A DNA stretch of 64,000 nt from NCBI RefSeq assembly GCF_009914755.1, contig NC_060930.1. The stretch is one strand, 5' to 3'. Position 1 is the stretch's first letter. Every line of letters starts with the position of its first letter. Below, piece after piece: positions 29,305 through 41,324 of this stretch. A program made the position numbers and the translations under genes. The notes below the pieces were generated by a model that ran no database searches, was not told the DNA's origin, and saw only the letters and a program-made list of their open reading frames with translations. This DNA comes from the human T2T-CHM13v2.0 reference genome, Homo sapiens.

Positions 29305-30140
29305 TTATATACATATTATAAAATCACATTTACTCCATAAATTGGTACAAATAAAAAACGAAGATGGGGACTTGATTCATTAGTAAGCAATTATCCTTAC
29401 AAGGAAAGAAAAGCTCTTCATTTTAATATTCTGCTTGCTTAAACACTGGCCAGCCATTTGCCACAAACAAGACAAAAATGTTTGGATGAGTCCAAGCCAA
29501 TGCTTCATTGGAAAATCAACTTAAAATGCATGTCACACCAATTAGTCCCCAAGGAAAACACATTATAAGACAGAACCTGTGCATAGAACCACAGAACCAC
29601 AGCATTGCATAATGTACATTGGAAAAAACGCATTGTTCTATTCATTTCATTCTCATAAAGCTCAATTTCAAATCTTAGACTGGAGGTAAATTTAGTGGCA
29701 TTGTCCTAAAGGCTATTATTTGAATCTCTGCAACCTTGGGCATGTAGTATATGACTATTCACTAATAAAGTTATTTAGACTACAGGTCAGAAGGGTGTTC
29801 TGAAATCTATTTCAGAAGAATTACTGTAGAGTTTCCCGTTAGGAACATGGCAAAGTCTGAAGACTCTCTTGATACAAACTTTTAGAAACAGTTAATAAAA
29901 GATAGCCAGACTCCTTTTAAATGCTTAGCTGAGCTTTCAGGAATTAGAAGGTAATCTCTAGAAGCCAGAAAGAAAAGGGAATTTAAAAATCAGATAGTAG
30001 GACTTGAGCATACTCTGTGGCTGTCTTGTTTGGGGAAAGGGGAAGATTCTATCTTGGTCACTTATGGCCTGGTTTTTAGTATCCACGTGATGAACAAACA
30101 TAAGGCCACCCTCTATGTAAAAAAAGGAGTTGAGAAAGAA

Positions 30141-30173
30141 GGCCGGGCACAGTGGCTCACGCCTGTAACCAGC
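30141..30173 (+). mobile_element. Isolated Alu 5' head (33 bp)
   Basis: ggccgggcacagtggctcacgcctgtaa(-)ccagc with no downstream Alu body. Confidence 0.8.
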
Positions 30174-30299
30174 TCATAAAACTGGGATCCTTGAAAAGCA
30201 TATAAGGCAAAGAGGACAAGGGGGTAAATCTGACAGTAGGTACAGGAAGAGAACAAGAAAGGCCAAAGAATCTTACCGGTCTTTTTCTGGGCTCTGCTA

Positions 30300-30640
<341 letters not shown>

Positions 30641-33579
30641 TAAAGTATCAATCCACATATATTTTCTCCATGGTCAGATACTACGACATGGTCTAGGAAA
30701 CTCCAAGCTGATAAGTAATACAGAACTTGATCATGAACCATTGATAGTCCTGGAGCACCTAGAAATGTCCAAAGCTCAGACCCAAAGGATTATCATAGAA
30801 AGAATAAGCCCTACCTAAAAGATGTGATCACAATGAAAAATTGCCAAACACAAAACAAATCAATCCAACATGCACAAGCCTAAGCAAGATTTGAATTGTA
30901 AGAACTTCAGATGATAAAACAAAAATCAGAAAGTGAATAAAGAATAAGTAAAATAATTAAAAACATAAAAGCCAGTTGTCAAGTTGCTTAAGCTAAAATA
31001 AGAGATTGGGGGGAAAAAACTGGAAAAAAAAAGCCATATAGAACTTACACAAATAAAAAATATAATCATTGAAATTAAAAAGAGAAAGAGACTGCAGAAG
31101 TAACAAAAACATCCATCAACACATGAACAAAAATGAATAAACAAATATGGCATAGCCATACCCTGGAATTTTTTTTTGGCAATAAAAATAAACGAAGTAC
31201 TGATACATGCTACAACATGGATGAAACTTGAAAACATTAGGCTAAAAACATTATGCTAAAAATTCAATGGACAACTTAAAGAAAAGATTAGACACAGCTG
31301 AGAGAATTTGTGAACTATAATATGGATCTAAGGAAATTGCACAGAATAAGGCACTGAAAATCACAAAGTTAGAAAATATAAAGCAGTGATAAAGAGACAT
31401 AACAGATAAAAATGAGGACTTTCAATACATGGCTAAGATCAGTTCCAAAAGAAAAGGATAGAGGGAGATAATTTGCAAGGACACAATAGCCAAAATTTCT
31501 TAGAAAAGATGAAATATGTAAATTCTCAGATTAAAGATGCATGTCCAGTGACTCTAAATGAGCATAAATAAAAATAAATCCACACCTAGACACATTATCC
31601 TGAATCCAAAGAGTACTAGAAAAGAGAAATGAATTTAAAAGCCACCAGAAGGCAGAGTAAATTATCTGCAAAGGGACAAAATTAAATAGATAACAGACAA
31701 TAGAGGCTACATGACAATGGAATTATATGCTGAAAATATTTACAGAAAATAATTGTCAAACAAGAAGTTGTGTCTAACTAAACTATACTTTCTTAAACGT
31801 GAGAAAAAAATTGGCAAAAAGAAAGAAAATCTAAGGAAATGTACCACTTACAAATGTTCTCTAAAAGAAATGCTAAGTAATATTTAATGAAAAAGATAAT
31901 TGAGCCTAAATTGAAGGAGTAGATGCAATAAACAATACTAAACAAATCAATCAATGAGCAAGTATGGACTTCATAAAATAACACCAACTAAATATAAGAT
32001 AAAATGTAAATTAAAATATTACACATAATTACTCATATATGGCATGAGAGATTTGCAGATTTAAAAATTTAGCTTCTTTTGTCTTGAAAAAGTTAAAGAT
32101 AACCAATACTTAACTTTAGGTTAAGTTAAAGATTTCTTACTCAAATTTTAAAGGTAGCTATTAAAAAAATACAAACAAAATCTTTATCTTCAAAACCATT
32201 AGAAAAGGGAAAAAAATGAAGACAAACAAAATTTAATACATTTAATTGGTACCCGTAGAGAAGGAAAAAAGCCAAGAAAAATGCAATAAATAACAGCATA
32301 AAAGTAGGAAGTAGAAACACAAACTCAAATAAATGTAGATAGACACAAACCAACAGCTGAAAAACAGGGATTCTCAGATTGGATTTAAAAAATTAAACCT
32401 AGCCATAGACAAATTAAATTAGGCACTGTTGATGCCCCTCATTCCACCTGAGTTCCCCCGCAGCTGCTACCTGTACCCTGACAGCTCCCCAAGTGTCCAG
32501 TTCCTTAGACTCTAATATCTCTGTGCAGGATCTGTATGCTAAAAACTGCAAAACACTGATGAAAGAAATTAAACAAATCTATATAAAATGAAGAGATATA
32601 TCATGTTCACATATTTAATAATTTGATATTATTAACATGAAAATTTTTCTCAAATTTAAGTATAGATTTAATATGAACCCAATCAAAATCCCAAAGGAAA
32701 ATGTTTGAAAAAGACCACAGTTGGAGGATGCATGCTATGTGACTTTATAATCTACTATAAAGGTATGGTTATCAAGACTAAACTTATAGTATCAGAATAA
32801 ACCCACACAAATATGCCCAACTGATTTTTACAAAGATACAAAGGCAACTCGTTGAAAGAATAGGCTTTTCAACAAATGTTACAAGAACGATTAGACACTT
32901 GTATTCAAAAAGCTAATCAACCTATACTCACACCTATTAGTGTAATTAAATTAGAATAGATCATAGGTATAAAAGTAAAAAATGTAAAACTGTTAAAACT
33001 TTTTAAATAAATCAGAAAAAAAGCTTTTGACCTTGGGCTAGGCAAAGAATTCTTAGCCACAATACCATCAGCACAACCAATAAAAGACAAAAAAAAAAAA
33101 CGATCATTTGGACTTCCTCATAATTAAAATTATTTGCTCTGTGAAAAACATAGTAGAATGAAAGGCAAACTACCAACTGAGAAAAAATATTTGCAAATCA
33201 CATGTCTGACAAAAGACTTGTATCCAGAATATATAAAAAACTATCAAAACTCAGCAATAAAGAAACCAATAAAAGAATGGACAAAAATCTGAATGGACAC
33301 ATTATCAAAAAAGTTACAGATGACAAACACCTGAAGCACAATGAGAAACTGCTACACACTTTTTACAATGGCTAATATTAAAAATTCATAAATAAGTAAC
33401 TGACCATGACAAGTGCTGGCGAGAATATAGAGCAACTGAAACTCTCACAGGGTACCTGTGGGAATGCAAAATTGTACAGTCACCATAAAAAGCTGTTTGA
33501 TATTTCTTATAAAATAAAACACACTTGCTATACAGCTGAACAATTTCACTCCGTTTGCCCAGTTAGAAACAGACTATTG

Positions 33580-34819
33580 TATGTATATGAGCTCGGGACA
33601 TGACAGAGCTGCCCTAACAAATCACTGGGGAAAGATGGGCTATTCAATTAAATGGTGATAAAATAATTACTGATGTATGGTAAGAGATGCAACTAGATCC
33701 TTACCTTGCATTGCAGACATGCATGCACACACACGCACGCACACACGCACACACACACACACACACAGAAATTGATTAAGACCTAAATGTGAAGAGTTAA
33801 CTCTGCAATTTTGGAATGAAATATAAAGAATAATGTACAATATTTGGGTCGAAGAGAATTTTTTTTTTAGGTTTTGTTTTTTGTTTCTGCCAGGATCTCA
33901 CTGTCACTCAGGCTGGAGTGCAGAGGTATGATCTCGGCTCACTGCAAGAGATTCTCCAGCCTTAGCCTCCCAAGTAGCTGGGACTACAGGCATGCGCCAC
34001 CATGCCTGACTAATTTTTGTATTTTTTGTAGAGACAGGGTTTTTCCATGTTCCCCAGGCTGGTCTCAAACTCCTGAGCTCAAAGCAATCCACCCGCCTCG
34101 GCCTCCCAAAGTACTAGGATTATAGGTGTGAGCCATCACACCAGACACGAGGATTTTTATATAAACACTACACCACAATAAGATAAAAAAAAAAAAAAAA
34201 GATGCTAAATCTGACCATTGCAACTAAAAAATTTCAGTGTGAAAAAGATTCTTTAACAAAGGGGAAACAAACAAAAAAGATCACAGATTGGGAGATTTTG
34301 TAGTACTGTTTTGTAGAATTCTATGTTCTGTATTATACAAATACAAACAACTAATACCATCCAGGACATAGGAAGAAATCTTTAAAAAAAAAAAACAAGA
34401 AACAAAAATTTCAGTCAACCAGTGAGCAAAGGATATAAATTTAAATGTTATAAAACCCTGAATAGCTGTTAATTTATAAAATACACTTATATTTATATTT
34501 AGTCCTTCAGAGAAAAAATTCATGAAAAAAATCTGTGGCTTATTAATACAATGGAATACTATATAGCAGTTTAAATAGATGAACATATATCTACACAAAC
34601 CTTAAAACATATTGTTGAGTGAAAAAAATAAGTTGCAAAAGGACACTTTCAGGGGAACATCAAAAATATACATTTTTAAATCATATTGTAAGTTTTCATG
34701 CATTTATAGTTTCAAAAACATTTAAAAATGCCTGGGAAAAGTTCACATCAATTTCTCAAAAGTGTCTTCCTCTGAGGGTGAAAATGTAGATATAGCCGTA
34801 GAGTGCTGTTTGTTTAAAA

Positions 34820-34857
<38 letters not shown>

Positions 34858-35000
34858 GTGAAAGCGAGAAAGACGGAGAGAGAAAAAGAGAAGAGAAAGA
34901 GTTGAACTAAACACAGCAAATGTTAACAACTATTTAAACTTGGTGTTGCATATATTTTCTGTGTGTTTGAATTTTTTATAACTTTTAAACAATTTATTTA
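33580..35000 (+). mobile_element. Old L1ME-like 3' fragments with embedded (CA)n/(TG)n
   Basis: ctattcaattaaatggtg, ttaagacctaaatgtgaa, caatggaatactat...aaaacatattgttgagtgaaaaaa motifs. Confidence 0.55.
33860..34147 (-). mobile_element. AluJ with internal deletion
   Basis: Reverse dimer lacking the segment between cactgcaa and gattctcc. Confidence 0.88.
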
Positions 35001-35162
35001 GAGAATCACAGCATTTCATACATGTTTTAAACAATGTCAAAATTATTACAGCACTCAGTTATCCTCCCAAATAGCTCCATAAAAGGGCAACATTCTTATG
35101 TGCTTCTGCAAAATAAACTTTATTCCTATTTCGTATATCACTCTTGTTTAAAGATTGAAGTA

Positions 35163-35278
35163 AGCCCGGCACAGTGGTGGGTGCCTATAATCCCACCTAC
35201 CCGGAAGCCTGAGGCAGGAGTTCAAGACCAGCCTGAGCAACTGAGGAAGATTTTGTCTCAAAAAGAGAAAAAAAATAT
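35163..35278 (+). mobile_element. FLAM/Alu monomer
   Basis: gcccggcacagtgg...gaggcaggagttcaagaccagcctg...tctcaaaa. Confidence 0.8.
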
Positions 35279-35343
35279 AGGTTGGAGTAAAACACTGAGC
35301 TTTAATATCATTAAGAATTAAATTCATATCATTAAGAATTTCC

Positions 35344-35480
35344 AGCCAGGCGTGGGTGCTTACACCTGTAGTCTCAGCATTTTGAGAGGCCAAGGTGGGA
35401 GGATTACTTGAGGCCAGGAGTTCAAGGTCAGCCTGGGAAAGAGGAAGAACCTGTTTCAAAAATAATAATAATAATAATAA
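35344..35480 (+). mobile_element. FLAM_C/AluJ left monomer with (AAT)n tail
   Basis: Monomer sequence with short flanking repeat aatttcc. Confidence 0.82.
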
Positions 35481-36900
35481 TTTCCCAGGAACAAAAGGGG
35501 CCATAGTTTAACACTAAAGCTATATCACTTATGACCTGTCTCTTCAATGTTCTTATCTGTATTTAATTATTGGGCATTGTATATTCTTTCAGCAAATATT
35601 AGAGTAACACTCTAAGAACATTTCTTCCTTTTGCCTGAGGGGGCAGAGCCTTAGGTAAAGCAATGAGATTAGGAATGGAAACTAAGGAGAGTCAAGATTT
35701 TAATTGTATGCCCCAGTCTAGTTGCCCCCACTGATGCCCATAATTTATAAGAAGTTTTCAAAGCTGTACCCAGGAAATGATATTCAGAAAAGTCTTCATG
35801 TTTCCTCCGCTTCTTGCAGGATGCCATGAATTATTTAATCTTCTAGAATTCCTTAAGCTTTTTGCAAAAAAAGTTTTCCCTCTACTTTGACAGTCATATC
35901 ACTTTTTTTTCTTCCGGTGTCTTCATGAAACTCTTGATGTGAAAACCTCGCCTTCCTAGACAACTGCTATTTGAAATGAAAAGCTGCATGGGTCTTGTCA
36001 GCCTCCATCTTACACTATTTAATTTTCACTGTGGAGTTCACAAAATGGCCATTTCTATAATGCATTTCATGTTTCCGGATAGAAGATTGCTAGCACAGTA
36101 AATATCCATCTAAGCCTCTTTCTCATCAACAAAACATGTCGTTTGTAGTACCCACACATCAACAGAACTTCCTCAAGCCTGCCACTATTGCTTTTTCATA
36201 ATTATATTTTATAATCCTCCTTTACACACGAGAGCTCAATTCACTTCCTCCTACAATGCATTAGCATCCTCTTCAAATCCATTAGTGGTATCACAAGCTC
36301 CACAGCATCATTCCCTCTTCAAAATATTTTATTATTAAGTTACTGTACTGCGAGCTGGGAGTCTATGAATATTTAAGCAAGGCATCGTATGTTTATGTAC
36401 ACTCTGCCAAGACAAAAAAAAAAGCCTATTCACCCTAATATTTTGGCAGTGGATTAAAGCTGCTATGTACCTTAAGAAAAATGTTTGCTGAAGTTGCAAA
36501 TGATTGTTAAAAATAAGTATATAATTTATTTTTAGAAATTCTTGATGATTTAATCCTTACCTGTTCTTCAGTCTGCAAATGAAGTGTCACTGCCAGCTAG
36601 CAGCAGGGATAGGAACAGGCGAACTGACTCTAGTATTCCAAGACACGTGGACAGTCCTTAGCACTGAAAACTCATTTCAGTTTTGCTGGCTCTACTTCAC
36701 TTTTTAGCATTTGAAACTCATCAGCTCTACGTATTGTTGGTTATGGTAACATAACCAACATTATTGTTTATAATTCTCTAAGCTATACTACTCTCTTGAG
36801 TTAATTTGGTACATAGATAGCCACTAATATCCATTAACTTCATCCGGAATAATTATATGATTTGATGCACTGCATAGTTGAGATGCAAAGACACAAAAAG

Positions 36901-37100
36901 GAGAAAGAGACTGCAGAAGTAACACCAATGTCCATCAATAGATGAACAAAAATGAATAAACAAATATGGCATAGCCATACCCTGGAATATTTTTTGGCAA
37001 TAAAAATAAACGAAGTACTGATAGATGCTACAACATGGATGAAACTTGAAAACATTATGCTAAGGAAAAGAAGCCAGTCACATACACAGACACAGACACA

Positions 37101-37137
<37 letters not shown>

Positions 37138-37410
37138 CATGAATTATATAATGAATTCATAGGAAATGTCCAGAATAGGAAAATCTATTAGTGGTTATTT
37201 AGGACTATGGGTCTCAGAGTGGGGGATAAGAGACAATGGGGTGATAGCTAAAGGGTAGAGCGTTTCTCTTTGCGATGCTGAAAACATTCTAAAATTGACT
37301 GTGGGGATGGTTGCACATATCTGTTAACTATACTAAAAACCATAGAATTGTCCAGTTTACATGAGTAAATTATATCATGCATAAATTATATCTCAATAAG
37401 TTTTTTTTTA
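36901..37410 (+). mobile_element. Old L1MC/MD-like 3' end with (CA)n
   Basis: atgtccatcaa...gctacaacatggatgaaacttgaaaacattatgctaag...aaattatatctcaataa. Confidence 0.8.
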
Positions 37411-40206
37411 GAAAATGAATTTAGTAATCAATTTGATTTTCTGAACAAAAAAGGCATGAATTAATTCATTAGTTACACCATCTTGGACCCTTGCCATCAG
37501 GTTCTCAAGGTGTGTGTGGAAAGGGAGGTGGGATGGGAAGAGTATTGATGTATGAGTTGACAAGGAAGGGAGGACCTAGAGCAGAAGCACTGTGCAGTTT
37601 ATCAAACTACATGCACCTCTTCTCCCTACAGATAGAGTGCAGTTCCCCACCCCTATGTCAGGAACTACTGCTCCATGAGGAAGCTATTGATGGTGGTGGG
37701 TCATCTATCTAAAAGAGCGGTTGAAAATGTCTGTTCTACTGATGGTATCAATAAGGTGCTAACAACAATAAACAAAAGCAGTGATCAACATTAGAGATTT
37801 ATTTAAGGAAATGTAGCTACCATGCTATCATTTAACAAAGATAATTGGCAACCTGTTTCTCTTTAGCAATGTTTGACCTTATTCCATACAGATTAATGCT
37901 CACAATAAGGCAGCGGGGGGTAGGGGGCATTTTTTTAAGCCAAATCAAGCTGGCAATATTTATGTCAAGCCTGATCCGCAGTAAAAGTTTCCGAAGGAAA
38001 CATGATGTGGAGAGATGAAATCATTGTGTAAAATAAATAAATGCTAACTTTATGAAGCCCTGTGTATTAGGTTTCCTTCCCTGTTTGATTTTTTCGTTTG
38101 ATGTTGAGAGTTTTCTTGAAACCATTCTTCCTTTGTTCCTTTGACACTGTGTCAGCTACTGCTGCCTCTTTTCAAATGATACCTAACTCTTGCATAGTAT
38201 TTATTATGTGTCAATCACTGTTCTAAGGGTCTTATTTACCCCATGTAATCCTCTCAACAACTCTGTGATATGGTACTATTAACTCTATCTTTAAACATGA
38301 GGAAATTCAAGGGCAGAAGTTTAAGTAACCTTCCATTTATACTCTTTCTGCCCCGTCTTGAAGTGGCTTCTGACTCCTTCATGGAACATGGGCCAGGGGA
38401 AATAGAAGTTTTCATTCAACTGATAATTGTTGTGAGTTGGCATCCTACACTGAAAGTCAGGAGGGTGGTGAGAAGTATCTCTCTCAGGGGTCATTTTGTG
38501 GGTTCTTGGAGACTCCCATCACTGGGAGAACTTTCACCTGCAGTTCCCTTGAGGCTGGCAATGCAATGATCCTCGGTTACTACTGCCTCTGCTCCTGCAC
38601 TCAAGGAATTAGACAGATTGGGTCTGTTTGGTGAAGTCTGTTTCCTTCTTCAAAGATGATCTGACCTTAGAATCTGAGATCATCTCAAGCTGATGTTCTT
38701 TCTCTTACTTGTCCCAAATTTAATGCACAGGAAACATTCATTTGTCTCAGCAGCACCTGCTAATTCAGGCTATATAACACTGCAGTCACTTCTTCCTCAA
38801 CTTTTCCAATGGAAGTCAGCCAGTGGATCCCATGCCTGTTACACATCTTAGGTAGGAGTTGGATTGTCCCCTGGGTCTTCTCACTTTGAGGAACATGCAT
38901 CAATCCTCAGGATTATCTCAACGAGTCCTTTCTTAGTAAGTTGAGGAACTGAACTCAATTAATATCTCTTATTGTGATGAGGTGGGAAAGAAGAACTCAC
39001 AGAACCCATGCAGGTCTCCCTAAAAATTCTCTCTCTCTACATGTTCCCCTTTCTGGACCCTTTTATATCCTTTATTTTTAGGGAGGAAGTTAAACGTTTT
39101 CTATATGGTTTTTGCCACCCACTTTTAAACTCTTAGTTTAGCACCACTTCATTTTGGAGACATACAATGGTGTCTGAAACATCTATTTTATGTATATGTT
39201 TATATATAACATAAAGGTATCTTCATGTTTATTTCTGTTTCCTCTATAGAACTATTTGTTCACTGATGGCGTGAACCAGGTCTATTGTATTCACCATACT
39301 AGGTGAATACCTACATAATAGGCATTCGTACAATATTTGTGCAGTGAATGAAAGCATAAACATGTATTTTTTACTTACTCATACAAATATAGAGAGATAG
39401 CTCAGAAAGACACACAACCCAGCTCTAACTATGAAGCCATATGGTCCCAAAAGCAATTATCATTTTTTTCTACCAAAAAAATTGTTTTTTACATTTTGAG
39501 CCTTTTCTGTAAATCCATCAGTTAAGTAACAAACATTATTTTCAGAGTTCTACACAGTTCTGCCAAAATGTCAATCACGCCGTGACACAAACAGGCACTT
39601 TTTAAAATAAAGCAATTTACAATACAATTGTATACTAAGTGCCATGAATTCTCAGCTGTACAAAAATATCTGGCCTCTCTGCTAATGAAATGAAGGAAAA
39701 TATAATTGACAGTTATCTTATGAGATTTCATTGTAATGCACATGATGCTATAATAAATCTGGTTACTGGAAATTCTGTGGTACACTGTTTAAAGGATATT
39801 AATTGATTGCCTTGGAGTCAGCTTATTTTGAAATTCCTGTTGGTGATCTTTGATACAAATGTACTATACATATGAAGTAGGTTATAACAGGTCTTTTCTA
39901 AGCCCAATGCATATGATCAGTGAAATAGGAGTTTTATAAAAACCTCAGTTACCATCTATGGCCAATTTATAACAGATGTGGCAATAAAAATTGCAATGTG
40001 AAACTAATAAAAAGATTCTCCATATTAGCCTTTCCATGGTACCTTTTCTGGATTAGTAATTCTAGAGCAAATAAAGGAAAACTAACTCTCTGCAAAACAA
40101 AACCACTCAAAAATTTAAAAAATGAAATAAAATAAATTTTTAATATGAAATAATTTGACAATTGTGTCATGAGTGAGAACTTAACTTTTAAAATGTAGGG
40201 GCTTTG

Positions 40207-40487
40207 GGCTGGGTATGGTGCCTCACGCCTGTAATTCCAGTATTTTGGGAGGCCGAGGCGGGCAGATCACGAGGTCAGGAGATCGAGACCATCCTGGCTA
40301 ACACGGTGAAACCCTGCCTCTACTAAAAATACAAAAACTTAGCCGGGCTTGGTGGCACATGCCTGTAGTCCCAGCTACTCAGGAGGCTGAGGCAGGAGAA
40401 TCGCTTCAACCTGGGGGGCAGAGGTTGCAGTGAGCCGAGATCGCATCACTGCACTCCAGCCTGGGTGACAGAGCGAGACTCCGTTGA
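40207..40487 (+). mobile_element. AluSc/Y-like
   Basis: Full dimer; TSD aaaatgtaggggc(t/a)ttg at 40190-40206 and 40701-40717 encloses the microsatellite tail. Confidence 0.95.
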
Positions 40488-40523
40488 AAGAAAGGAAAGA
40501 AAGGAAAGAAAGGAAAGAAAGGA

Positions 40524-40566
<43 letters not shown>

Positions 40567-40700
40567 GAAGAAAGGAAGAAAGGAAGGAAGGAAGGAAGGA
40601 AGGAAGGAAGGAAGGAAGGAAGGAAGGAAGGAAGGAAGGAAGGAAGGAAGGGAAGGAGGGAGGGAGGAAGGAAGGAAGGAAGGAAGGAAGGAAGGGAAGG
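40486..40700 (+). repeat. (GAAA)n-(GGAA)n compound microsatellite derived from the Alu tail
   Basis: 17 consecutive GGAA units at 40582-40649. Confidence 0.97.
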
Positions 40701-41324
40701 AAAATGTAGGGGCATTGTTGGTTTGATTTTAAGAAAACAAATGTGAGGGTATTGTTTTTTCCACTGTTGGTGTTTTTACAGCAACACCCTAACAAGATTC
40801 ATTAACATAAAAGTTGGGTGGAGGTTTACAGCATGCTTCAGAGAGAATCTTCAAAATTTGTGAACGTCAAGTTAGCAAAGTGAGTTGTGAACATTGCAAT
40901 CTAAAGTACTCCAGAATACCTATACTTAAGGTAAAAATTTCATTCAAACATACAAACTTAATTTAAGTAACATATAGAAAAATATGTAGATGTTTTAATA
41001 AACTTATTTTTATTATTCCAGTCATGTCTTTGATAGAGTGTAGACATAATTTGGGTTCTGAAACCAGGCATTGGCAGATGCACAGAGCAGGGGCTGAAAA
41101 GAAACAAGGAAGGAGCATCTAGATGTAACATGATGAGGAAGAGCAACTGGGCAGAGCCTACCAGAGGTCGCTACAAAAGGATGGAATGCTCGAATGGTCT
41201 TCAAGGTTCCATCCTTGCTGCTCACCTTCCTCACTTCATATCCTTTCCTGGTTCAATGCATCCACTCCCTGGAGTAGCAGAGACTGAGAGTGGCCTCCAA
41301 ATATTCACTGTTCTCCCATATTTG

